Of a DNA stretch of 64,000 bases, positions 46,001 to 60,100 are shown in pieces. Positions within the stretch are counted from its first letter, which is position 1, and each line of letters starts with the position of its first letter. Below the pieces are notes generated by a model. The model was not told the origin of the DNA. It ran no database searches and saw nothing but the letters and a program-made list of their open reading frames with translations. Both the position numbers and the translations under genes were made by a program. The stretch is from Eledone cirrhosa (lineage: Eukaryota): contig OZ024743.1 of assembly GCA_964016885.1 (NCBI GenBank), positions 210,862,001 to 210,926,000 of the forward strand. Reading direction: 5' to 3'.

Positions 46001-49000
46001 TAAGATATTCCACAGTTTACCATCCTATGGCCACACATGAAAGCTCTTCACTCCATAAGATATACCAAAGTTTACTATCCTATAGCCACAGATGAACGCT
46101 CTTCACTCCATAAGATATACCACAGTTTACCATCCTATACCCAGATGAAAGCTCTTCACTCCATAAGATATACCACAGTTTACCATCCTATAGCCACACA
46201 TGAAAGCTCTTCACTCCATAAGATGTACCACCTTTTACCATCCTATAGCCACAGACGAAAGCTGTTCACTCCATAAGATATACCACAGTTTACCATCCTA
46301 TACCCAGATGAAAGCTCTTCACTCCATAAGATATACCACAGTTTACCATCCTATACCCAGATGAAAGCTCTTCACTCCATAAGATATACCACAGTTTACC
46401 ATCCTATAGCCACACATGAAAGCTCTTCATTCCATAAGATATACCACAGTTTACCATCCTATAGCCAGATGACAGCTATTCACTCCATAAGTTATACCAC
46501 AGTTTACCATCCTATAGCCACAGATGAAAGCTCTTCACTCCATAAGATATACCACAGTTTACCATCCTATGGCCACAGATGAAAGCTCTTCACTCCATAA
46601 GATATACCACAGTTTACCATCCTATAGCCACACATGAAAGCTCTTCACTCCATAAGATATACCACAGTTTACCATCCTGTAGCCAGATGAAAGCTCTTCA
46701 CTCCATAAGATATACCACAGTTCACCAACCTATAGCCACAGATGAAAGCTCTTCACTCCATAAGATATACCACAGTTTACCATCCTATAGCCAGATGAAA
46801 GCTCTTCACTCCATGAGATATACCACAGTCTACCATCCTATAGCCACACATGAAAGCTCTGTAACCCATAAGATATACCACAGTTTACCATCCTATAGCC
46901 AGATGAAAGCTCTTCACTCCATAAGCTATACCACAGTTTACCATCCTATAGCCACACATGAAAGCTCTTCACTCTATAAGATGTACCACCTTTTACCATC
47001 ATATAGCCACAGATGAAAGCTCTTCACTCCATAAGACATACCACAGTTTACCATCCTATAGCCAGATGAAAGCTATTCACTCCATAAGTTAAAACACAGT
47101 TTACCATCCTATAGCCACACATGAGAGCTCTTCACTCCATAATATATACCACAGTTTACCATCCTATGGCCACACATTAAAGCTCTTCACTCCATAAGAT
47201 ATTCCACAGTTTACCATCCTATGGCCACACATGAAAGCTCTTCACTCCATAAGATATACCAAAGTTTACCATTCTATAGCCACAGATGAACGCTCGTCAC
47301 TCCATAGGATATACCACAGTTTCCATCCTATAGCCACACATGAAAGCTCTTCACTCCATAAGATATACCACAGTTTACCATCCTATACCCAGATGATAGC
47401 TCTTCACTCAATAAGATATACCACAGTTTACCATCCTATAGCCACACATGAAAGCTCTTCACTCCATAAGATGTACCACCTTTTACCATCCTATGGCCAC
47501 ACATGAAAGCTGTTCACTCCATAAGATATACCACAGTTTACCATCCTATAGCCAGATGAAAACTATTCACTCCATAAGTTATAACACAGTTTACCATCCT
47601 ATAGCCACAGATGAAAGCTCTTCACTCCATAAGATATACCACAGTTTACCATCCTATGGCCACAAATGAAAGCTCTTCACTCCATAAGATATACCACAGT
47701 TCACCATCCTATAGCCACACATGAAAGCTCTTCACTCCATAAGATATACCACAGTTTACCATCCTATAGCCACACATGAAAGCTCTTCACTCCATAAGAT
47801 ATACCCCAGATTACCATCCTATAGCCACATATGAAAGCTCTTCACTCCATAAGATATACCACAGTTTACCATCCTATAGCTACACATGAAAGCTCTTCAC
47901 TCCATAAGATATACCACAGTTTACCATCCTATAGCCACACATGAAAGCTCTGTAACCCATAAGATATACCACAGTTTACCATCCTATAGCCAGATGAAAG
48001 CTCTTCACCTCATAAGTTATACCACAGTTTACCATCCTGTAGCCACAGATGAAAGCTCTTCACTCCATAAGATATACCACAGTTTACCATCCTATGGCCA
48101 CAGATGAAAGCTCTTTACTCCATAAGATATACCACAGTTTAACATCCTATAGCCACACATGAAAGCTCTTCACTCCATAAGATATACCACAGTTTACCAT
48201 CCTATAACCAGATGAAAGCTCTTCACTCCATAAGATATACCACAGTTTACCAACCTATAGCCACGGATGAAAGCTCTTCACTCCATGAGTTATACCACAG
48301 TTTACCATCCTATAGCCAGATGAAAGCTCTTCACTCCATAAGATATACCACAGTCTACAATCTTATAGCCACACCTGAAGGCTCTGTAACCCATAAGATA
48401 TACCTCAGTTTACCATCCTATAGCCAGATGAAAGCTCTTCACTCCCTAAGATATACCACAGTTTACCTTCCTATAGCCACACATGAGAGCTCTTCACTCC
48501 ATCAGATATACCACAGTTTACCATCCTGTAGCCAGACCAAAGCTCTTCACTCCATAAGATATACCACAGTTTACCATCCTATAGCCACACATGAAAGCGC
48601 TTCACTCTATAAGATGTACCACCTTTTACCATCCTATAGCCACAGATGAAAGCTCTTCACTCCATAAGATATACCACAGTTTACCATCCTATAGCCACAG
48701 ATGAAAGCTCTTCACTCCCTAAGATATACCACAGTTTACCATCCTATAGCCACACATGAAAGCTCTTCACTCTATAAGATGTACCACCTTTTACCATCCT
48801 ATAGCCACAGATGAAGGCTCTTCACTCCATAAGATATACCACAGTTACCACCCTGTAGCCAGATGAAAGCTCTTCTCTCCATAAGATATACCACAGTTTA
48901 CCATCCTATAGCCACACATGAAAGCTCTTCACTCCATAAGATATACCACAGTTTACCATCCTATAGCCACACATCAGAGCTCTTCACTCCATAAGATATA

Positions 49001-51199
49001 CCAGTTGACCATCCTGTAACCACACATGAAAGCTCTTCACTCCATAAGATATACCACAGTATACCATCCTATGGCCACACATGAAAGCTCTTCACCCCAT
49101 AAGATATACCACAGTTTACCATCCTATGGCCACACATTAAAGCTCTTCACTCCATAAGATATTCCACAGTTTACCATCCTATGGCCACACATGAAAGCTC
49201 TTCACTCCATAAGATATACCAAAGTTTACCATCCTATAGCCACAGATGAACGCTCTTCACTTCATAAGATATACCACAGTTTACCATCCTATAGCCACAC
49301 ATGAAAGCTCTTCACTCCATAAGATATACCACAGTTTACCATCCTATACCCAGATGAAAGCTCTTCACTCCATAAGATATACCACAGTTTACCATCCTAT
49401 AGCCACACATGAAAGCTCTTCACTCCATAAGATGTACCACCTTTTACCATCCTATAGCCACAGACGAAAGCTGTTCACTCCATAAGATATACCACAGTTT
49501 ACCATCCTATAGCCAGATGAAAGCTATTCACTCCATAGGTTATACCACAGTTTACCATCCTATAGCCACAGATGAAAGCTCTTCACTCCATAAGATATAC
49601 CACAGTTTACCATCCTATGGCCACAGATGAAAGCTCTTCACTCCATAAGATATACCACAGTTTACCATCCTATAGCCACACATGAAAGCTCTTCACTCCA
49701 TAAGATATACCACAGTTTACCATCCTGTAGCCAGATGAAAGCTCTTCACTCCATAAGATATACCACAGTTTACCAACCTATAGCCACAGATGAAAGCTCT
49801 TCACGCCATAAGATATACCACAGTTTACCATCCTATAGCCAGATGAAAGCTCTTCACTCCATGAGATATACCACAGTCTACCATCCTATAACCACACATG
49901 AAAGCTCTGTAACCCATAAGATATACCACAGTTTACCATCCTATAGCCACATGAAAGCTCTTCACTCCATAAGATATACCACAGTTTACCATCCTATAGC
50001 CACAGATGAAAGCTCTTCACTCCATGAGATATACCACAGTTTACCATCCTATAGCCAGATGAAAGCTCTTCACTCCATAAGCTATAACACAGTTTAACAT
50101 CCTATAGCAACACATGAAAGCTCTTCACTCTATAAGATGTACCACCTTTTACCATCCTATAGACACAGATGAAAGCTCTTCACTCCATAAGACATACCAC
50201 AGTTTACCATCCTATAGCCAGATGAAAGCTATTCACTCCATAAGTTATAACTAAGTTTACCATCCTATAGCCACACATGAGAGCTCTTCACTCCATAATA
50301 TATACCACAGTTTACCATCCTATGGCCACACATTAAAGCTCTTCACTCCATAAGATATTCCACGGTTTACCATCCTATGGCCACACATGAAAGCTCTTCA
50401 CTCCATAAGATATACCAAAGTTTACCATTCTATAGCCACAGATGAACGCTCTTCACTCCATAGGATATACCACAGTTTCCATCCTATAGCCACACATGAA
50501 AGCTCTTCACTCCATAAGATATACCACAGTTTACCATCCTATAGCCAGATGAAAGCTCTTCACTCCATAAGATATACCACAGTTTACCATCCTATAGCAA
50601 GATGAAAGCTCTTCACTCCATAAGATATACGACAGTTTACCATCCTAGAGCCACACATGAAAACTCTTCAATCCATAAGATATACCTCAGTTTACCATCT
50701 TATAGCCACAGATGAAAGCTCTTCACTCCATAAGATATACCACGGTTTACCATCCTATACCCAGATGAAAGCTCTTCACTCCATAAGATATACCACAGTT
50801 TACCATCCTATAGCCACACATGAAAGCTCTTCACTCCATAAGATGTACCACCTTTTACCATCCTATGGCCACACATGAAAGCTGTTCACTCCATAAGATA
50901 TACCACAGTTTACCATCCTATAGCCAGATGAAAGCTATTCACTCCATAAGTTATAACACAGTTTACCATCCTATAGCCACAGATGAAAGCTCTTCACTCC
51001 ATAAGATATACCACAGTTTACCATCCTATGGCCACAGATGAAAGCTCTTCACTCCATAAGATATACCACAGTTCACCATCCTATAGCCACACATGAAAGC
51101 TCTTCACTCCATAAGATATACCACAGTTTACCATCCTATAGCCACACATGAAAGCTCTTCACTCCATAAGATATACCCCAGATTACCATCCTATAGCCA

Positions 51200-54100
51200 C
51201 ATATGAAAGCTCTTCACTCCATAAGATATACCACAGTTTACCATCCTATAGCTACACATGAAAGCTCTTCACTCCATAAGATATACCACAGTTTAACATC
51301 CTATAGCCACACATGAAAGCTCTTCACTCCATAAGCTATACCACAGTCTACCATCCTATAGCCACACATGAAAGCTCTGTAACCCATAAGATATACCACA
51401 GTTTACCATCCTGTAGCCAGATGAAAGCTCTTCACTCCATAAGATATACCACAGTTTACCATCCTATAGCCACACATGAAAGCTCTTCACTCCATAAGAT
51501 ATACCACAGTTTACCAACCTATAGCCACAGATGAAAGCTCTTCACTCCATAAGATATACCACAGTTTACCATCCTATAGCCAGATGAAAGCTCTTCACTC
51601 CATGAGATATACCACAGTCTACCATCCTATAGCCACACATGAAAACTCTGTAACCCATAAGATATACCACAGTTTACCATCCTATATCCAGATGAAAGCT
51701 CTTCACTCCATAAGTTATACCACAGTTTACCATCCTATAGCCACAGATGAAAGCTCTTCACTCCATAAGATATACCACAGTTTACCAACCTATAGCCACA
51801 GATGAAAGCTCTTCACTCCATAAGATATACCACAGTTTACCATCCTATAGCCAGATGAAAGCTCTTCACACCATGAGATATACCACAGTCTACTATCCTA
51901 TAGCCCCACATGAAAGCTCTGTAACCCATAAGATATACCACAGTTTACCATCCTATAGCCAGATGAAAGCTCTTCACTCCATAAGTTATACCACAGTTTA
52001 CCATCCTGTAGCCACAGATGAAAGCTCTTCACTCCATAAGATATACCACAGTTTACCATCCTATGGCCACAGATGAAAGCTCTTTACTCCATAAGATATA
52101 CCACAGTTTAACATCCTATAGCCACACATGAAAGCTCTTCACTCCATAAGATATACCAAAGTTTACCATCCTATAACCAGATGAAAGCTCTTCACTCCAT
52201 AAGATATACCACAGTTTACCAACCTATAGCTACAGATGAAAGCTCTTCACTCCATGAGTTATACCACAGTTTACCATCCTATAGCCAGATGAAAGCTCTT
52301 CACTCCATAAGATATACCACAGTCTACAATCTTATAGCCACACATGAAGGCTCTGTAACCCATAAGATATACCACAGTTTACCATCTTATAGCCAGATGA
52401 AAGCTCTTCACTCCATAAGATATACCACAGTTTACCATCCTATAGCCACACATGAAAGCTCTTCACTCTATAAGATGTACCACCTTTTACCATCCTATAG
52501 CCACAGATGAAAGCTCTTCACTCCATAAGATATACCACAGTTTACCATCCTATAGCCACAGATGAAAGCTCTTCACTCCCTAAGATATACCACAGTTTAC
52601 CATCCTATAGCCACACATGAAAGCTCTTCACTCTATAAGATGTACCACATTTTACCATCCTATAGCCACAGATGAAGGCTCTTCACTCCATTAGATATAC
52701 CACAGTTTACCATCCTATAGCCAGATGAAAGCTTTTCACTCCATAAGATATACCACAGTTTACCATCCTATAGCCACAGCTGAAAGCTCTTCACTCCATA
52801 AGATATAACACAGTTTACCATCCTATAGCCACAGATGAAAGCTCTTCACTCCATAAGATATACCACAGTTACCACCCTGTAGCCAGATGAAAGCTCTTCA
52901 CTCCATAAGATATACCACAGTTTACCAACCTATAGCCACACATGAAAGCTCTTCACTCTATAAGTTATACCACAGTTTACCATCCTATAGCCACACATCA
53001 GAGCTCTTCACTCCATAAGATATACCAATTGACCATCCTGTAACCACACATGAAAGCTCTTCACTCCATAAGATATACCACAGTTTACCATCCTATGGCC
53101 ACACATTAAAGCTCTTCACTCCATATGATATTCCACGGTTTACCATCCTATGGCCACACATGAAAGCTCTTCACTCCATAAGATATACCAAAGTTTACCA
53201 TCCTATAGCCACAGATGAATGCTCTTCACTCCATAAGATATACCACAGTTTACCATCATATAGCCACACATGAAAGCTCTTCACTCCATAAGATATACCA
53301 CAGTTTACCATCCTATACCCAGATGAAAGCTCTTCACTCCATAAGATATACCACAGTTTACCATCCTATAGCCACACATGAAAGCTCTTCACTCCATAAG
53401 ATGTACCACCTTTTACCATCCGATAGCCACAGACGAAAGCTGTTCACTCCATAAGATATACCACAGTTTACCATCCTATAGCCAGATGAAAGCTATTCAC
53501 TCCATAAGTTATACCACAGTTTAACATCCTATAGCCACACATGAAAGCTCTTCACTCCATAAGATATACCACAGTCTACCATCCTATAGCCACACATGAA
53601 AGCTCTGTAACCCATAAGATATACCACAGTTTACCATCCTGTAGCCAGATGAAAGCTCTTCACTCCATAAGATATACCACAGTTTAACATCCTATAGCCA
53701 CACATGAAAGCTCTTCACTCCATAAGATATACCACAGTCTACCATCCTATAGCCACACATGAAAGCTCTGTAACCCATAAGATATACCACAGTTTACCAT
53801 CCTGTAGCCAGATGAAAGCTCTTCACTCCATAAGATATACCACAGTTTAACATCCTATAGCCACACATGAAAGCTCTTCACTCCATAAGATATACCACAG
53901 TTTACCAACCTATAGCCACAGATGAAAGCTCTTCACTCCATAAGATATACCACAGTTTACCATCCTATAGCCAGATGAAAGCTCTTCACTCCATGAGATA
54001 TACCACAGTTTACCATCCTATAGCCAGATGAAAGCTCTTCACTCCATGAGATATACCACAGTCTACCATCCTATAGCCACACATGAAAGCTCTGTAACCC

Positions 54101-57100
54101 ATAAGATATACCACAGTTTACCATCCTATAGCCAGATGAAAGCTCTTCACTCCATAAGATATACCACAGTTTACCGTCCTATAGCCACAGATGAAAGCTC
54201 TTCACTCCATGAGATATACCACAGTTTACCATCCTATAGCCAGATGAAAGCTCTTCACTCCATAAGCTATACCACAGTTTAACATCCTATAGCAACACAT
54301 GAAAGCTCTTCACTCTATAAGATGTACCACCTTTTACCATCCTATAGACACAGATGAAAGCTCTTCACTCCATAAGACATACCACAGTTTACCATCCTAT
54401 AGCCAGATGAAAGCTATTCACTCCATAAGTTATAACACAGTTTACCTTCCTATAGCCACACATGAGAGCTCTTCACTCCATAATATATACCACAGTTTAC
54501 CATCCTATGGCCACACATTAAAGCTCTTCACTCCATAAGATATTCCACAGTTTACCATCCTATGGCCACACATGAAAGCTCTCCACTCCATAAGATATAC
54601 CAAAGTTTACCATTCTATAGCCACAGATGAACGCTCTTCACTCCATAGGATATACCACAGTTTCCATCCTATGGCCACACATGAAAGCTCTTCACTCCAT
54701 AAGATATACCACAGTTTACCATCCTATGGCCACACATTAAAGCTCTTCACTCCATAAGATATTCCACAGTTTACCATCCTATGGCCACACATGAAAGCTC
54801 TTCACTCCATAAGATATACCAAAGTTTACTATCCTATAGCCACAGATGAACGCTCTTCACTCCATAAGATATACCACAGTTTACCATCCTATAGCCACAC
54901 ATGAAAGCTCTTCACTCCATAAGATATACCACAGTTTACCATCCTATACCCAGATGAAAGCTCTTCACTCCATAAGATATACCACAGTTTACCATCCTAT
55001 AGCCACACATGAAAGCTCTTCACTCCATAAGATGTACCACCTTTTACCATCCTATAGCCACAGACGAAAGCTGTTCACTCCATAAGATATACCACAGTTT
55101 ACCATCCTATAGCCAGATGAAAGCTATTCACTCCATAAGTTATACCACAGTTTACCATCCTATAGCCACAGATGAAAGCTCTTCACTCCATAAGATATAC
55201 CACAGTTTACCATCCTATGGCCACAGATGAAAGCTCTTCACTCCATAAGATATACCACAGTTTACCATCCTATAGCCACACATGAAAGCTCTTCACTCCA
55301 TAAGATATACCACAGTTTACCATCCTGTAGCCAGATGAAAGCTCTTCACTCCATAAGATATACCACAGTTTACCAACCTATAGCCACAGATGAAAGCTCT
55401 TCACTCCATAAGATATACCACAGTTTACCATCCTATAGCCAGATGAAAGCTCTTCACTCCATGAGATATACCACAGTCTACCATCCTATAGCCACACATG
55501 AAAGCTCTGTAACCCATAAGATATACCACAGTTTACCATCCTATAGCCAGATGAAAGCTCTTCACTCCATAAGATATACCACAGTTCACCGTCCTATAGC
55601 CACAGATGAAAGCTCTTCACTCCATGAGATATACCACAGTTTACCATCCTATAGCCAGATGAAAGCTCTTCACTCCATAAGCTATACCACAGTTTAACAT
55701 CCTATAGCAACACATGAAAGCTCTTCACTCTATAAGATGTACCACCTTTTACCATCCTATAGACACAGATGAAAGCTCTTCACTCCATAAGACATACCAC
55801 AGTTTACCATCCTATAGCCAGATGAAAGCTATTCACTCCATAAGTTATAACAGAGTTTACCATCCTATAGCCACACATGAGAGCTCTTCACTCCATAATA
55901 TATACCACAGTTTACCATCCTATGGCCACACATTAAAGCTCTTCACTCCATAAGATATTCCACAGTTTACCATCCTATGGCCACACATGAAAGCTGTTCA
56001 CTCCATAAGATATACCAAAGTTTACCATTCTATAGCCACAGATGAACGCTCTTCACTCCATAGGATATACCACAGTTTCCATCCTATAGCCACACATGAA
56101 AGCTCTTCACTCCATAAGATATACCACAGTTTACCATCCTATACCCAGATGAAAGCTCTTCACTCCATAAGATATACCACAGTTTACCATCCTATAGCCA
56201 CACATGAAAGCTCTTCACTCCATAAGATGTACCACCTTTTACCATCCTATGGCCACACATGAAAGCTGTTCACTCCATAAGATATACCACAGTTTACCAT
56301 CCTATAGCCAGATGAAAGCTATTCACTCCATAAGTTATAACACAGTTTACCATCCTATAGCCACAGATGAAAGCTCTTCACTCCATAAGATATACCACAG
56401 TTTACCATCCTATGGCCACAGATGAAAGCTCTTCACTCCATAAGATATACCACAGTTTACCATCCTGTAGCCAGATGAAAGCTCTTCACTCCATAAGATA
56501 TACCACATTTTAACATCCTATAGCCACACATGAAAGCTCTTCACTCCATAAGATATACCACAGTTTACCAACCTATAGCCACAGATGAAAGCTCTTCACT
56601 CCATAAGATATACCACAGTTTACCATCCTATAGCCAGATGAAAGCTCTTCACTCCATGAGATATACCACAGTTTACCATCCTATAGCCAGATGAAAGCTC
56701 TTCACTCCATGAGATATACCACAGTCTACCATCCTATAGCCACACATGAAAGCTCTTCACTCCATAAGATATACCACAGTTTACCAACCTATAGCCACAT
56801 ATGAAAGCTCTTCACTCCATAAGATATACCACAGTTTACCATCCTATAGCTACACATGAAAGCTCTTCACTCCATAAGATATACCACAGTTTAACATCCT
56901 ATAGCCACACATGAAAGCTCTTCACTCCATAAGATATACCACAGTCTACCATCCTATAGCCACACATGAAAGCTCTGTAACACATAAGATATACCACAGT
57001 TTACCATCCTGTAGCCAGATGAAAGCTCTTCACTCCATAAGATATACCACAGTTTACCATCCTATAGCCACACATGAAAGCTCTTCACTCCATAAGATAT

Positions 57101-60100
57101 ACCACAGTTTACCAACCTATAGCCACAGATGAAAGCTCTTCACTCCATAAGATATACCACAGTTTACCATCCTATAGCCAGATGAAAGCTCTTCACTCCA
57201 TGAGATATACCACAGTCTACCATCCTATAGCCACACATGAAAACTCTGTAACCCATAAGATATACCACAGTTTACCATCCTATATCCAGATGAAAGCTCT
57301 TCACTCCATAAGTTATACCACAGTTTACCATCCTATAGCCACAGATGAAAGCTCTTCACTCCATAAGATATACCACAGTTTACCAACCTATAGCCACAGA
57401 TGAAAGCTCTTCACTCCATAAGATATACCACAGTTTACCATCCTATAGCCAGATGAAAGCTCTTCACACCATGAGATATACCACAGTCTACCATCCTATA
57501 GCCCCACATGAAAGCTCTGTAACCCATAAGATATACCACAGTTTACCATCCTATAGCCAGATGAAAGCTCTTCACTCCATAAGTTATACCACAGTTTACC
57601 ATCCTGTAGCCACAGATGAAAGCTCTTCACTCCATAAGATATACCACAGTTTACCATCCTATGGCCACAGATGAAAGCTCTTTACTCCACAAGATATACC
57701 ACAGTTTAACATCCTATAGCCACACATGAAAGCTCTTCACTCCATGAGTTATACCACAGTTTACCATCCTATAGCCAGATGAAAGCTCTTCACTCCATAA
57801 GATATACCACAGTCTACAATCTTATAGCCACACATGAAGGCTCTGTAACCCATAAGATATACCACAGTTTACCATCCTATAGCCAGATGAAAGCTCTTCA
57901 CTCCCTAAGATATACCACAGTTTACCTTCCTATAGCCACACATGAGAGCTCTTCACTCCATCAGATATACCACAGTTTACCATCTTATAGCCAGATGAAA
58001 GCTCTTCACTCCATAAGATATACCACAGTTTACCATCCTATAGCCACACATGAAAGCTCTTCACTCTATAAGATGTACCACCTTTTACCATCCTATAGCC
58101 ACAGATGAAAGCTCTTCACTCCATAAGATATACCACAGTTTACCATCCTATAGCCACAGATGAAAGCTCTTCACTCCCTAAGATATACCACAGTTTACCA
58201 TCCTATAGGCACACATGAAAGCTCTTCACTCTATAAGATGTACCACATTTTACCATCCTATAGCCACAGATGAAGGCTCTTCACTCCATTAGATATACCA
58301 CAGTTTACCATCCTATAGCCAGATGAAAGCTTTTCACTCCATAAGATATACCACAGTTTACCATCCTATAGCCACAGCTGAAAGCTCTTCACTCCATAAG
58401 ATATAACACAGTTTACCATCCTATAGCCACAGATGAAAGCTCTTCACTCCATAAGATATACCACAGTTACCACCCTGTAGCCAGATGAAAGCTCTTCACT
58501 CCATAAGATATACCACAGTTTACCAACCTATAGCCACACATGAAAGCTCTTCACTCTATAAGTTATACCACAGTTTACCATCGTATAGCCACACATCAGA
58601 GCTCTTCACTCCATAAGATATACCAATTGACCATCCTGTAACCACACATGAAAGCTCTTCACTCCATAAGATATACCACAGTTTACCATCCTATGGCCAC
58701 TCATTAAAGCTCTTCACTCCATATGATATTCCACGGTTTACCATCCTATGGCCACACATGAAAGCTCTTCACTCCATAAGATATACCAAAGTTTACCATC
58801 CTATAGCCACAGATGAACGCTCTTCACTCCATAAGATATACCACAGTTTACCATCATATAGCCACACATGAAAGCTCTTCACTCCATAAGATATACCACA
58901 GTTTACCATCCTATACCCAGATGAAAGCTCTTCACTCCATAAGATATACCACAGTTTACCATCCTATAGCCACACATGAAAGCTCTTCACTCCATAAGAT
59001 GTACCACCTTTTACCATCCGATAGCCACAGACGAAAGCTGTTCACTCCATAAGATATACCACAGTTTACCATCCTATAGCCAGATGAAAGCTATTCACTC
59101 CATAAGTTATACCACAGTTTAACATCCTATAGCCACACATGAAAGCTCTTCACTCCATAAGATATACCACAGTCTACCATCCTATAGCCACACATGAAAG
59201 CTCTGTAACCCATAAGATATACCACAGTTTACCATCCTGTAGCCAGATGAAAGCTCTTCACTCCATAAGATATACCACAGTTTAACATCCTATAGCCACA
59301 CATGAAAGCTCTTCACTCCATAAGATATACCACAGTCTACCATCCTATAGCCACACATGAAAGCTCTGTAACCCATAAGATATACCACAGTTTACAATCC
59401 TGTAGCCAGATGAAAGCTCTTCACTCCATAAGATATACCACAGTTTACCATCCTATAGCCACACATGAAAGCTCTTCACTCCATAAGATATACCACAGTT
59501 TACCAACCTATAGCCACAGATGAAAGCTCTTCACTCCATAAGATATACCACAGTTTACCATCCTATAGCCAGATGAAAGCTCTTCACTCCATAAGTTATA
59601 CCACAGTCTACCATCCTATAGCCACACATGAAAACTCTGTAACCCATAAGATATACCACAGTTTACCATCCTATATCCAGATGAAAGCTCTTCACTCCAT
59701 AAGTTATACCACAGTTTACCATCCTATAGCCACAGATGAAAGCTCTTCACTCCATAAGATATACCACAGTTTACCAACCTATAGCCACAGATGAAAGCTC
59801 TTCACTCCATAAGATATACCACAGTTTACCATCCTATAGCCAGATGAAAGCTCTTCACACCATGAGATATACCACAGTCTACCATCCTATAGCCCCACAT
59901 GAAAGCTCTGTAACCCATAAGATATACCACAGTTTACCATCCTATAGCCAGATGAAAGCTCTTCACTCCATAAGTTATACCACAGTTTACCATCCTGTAG
60001 CCACAGATGAAAGCTCTTCACTCCATAAGATATACCACAGTTTACCATCCTATGGCCACAGATGAAAGCTCTTTACTCCATAAGATATACCACAGTTTAA

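Larger units (their letters stand above)
29350..50560 (+). repeat. Three related copies of a 3.5-4.7 kb block (about 29350-32990, about 38530-43300, about 46270-50560)
   Basis: Marker GCCAGACCAAAGCT seen at about 31630, about 41243 and about 48531, each preceded by CACACCTGAAGG/TACCTCAG. ORF offsets are 9175-9614 (copy 1 vs 2) and 7724/7342/7287 (copy 2 vs 3; 7287 for six consecutive ORF pairs). Confidence 0.9.
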
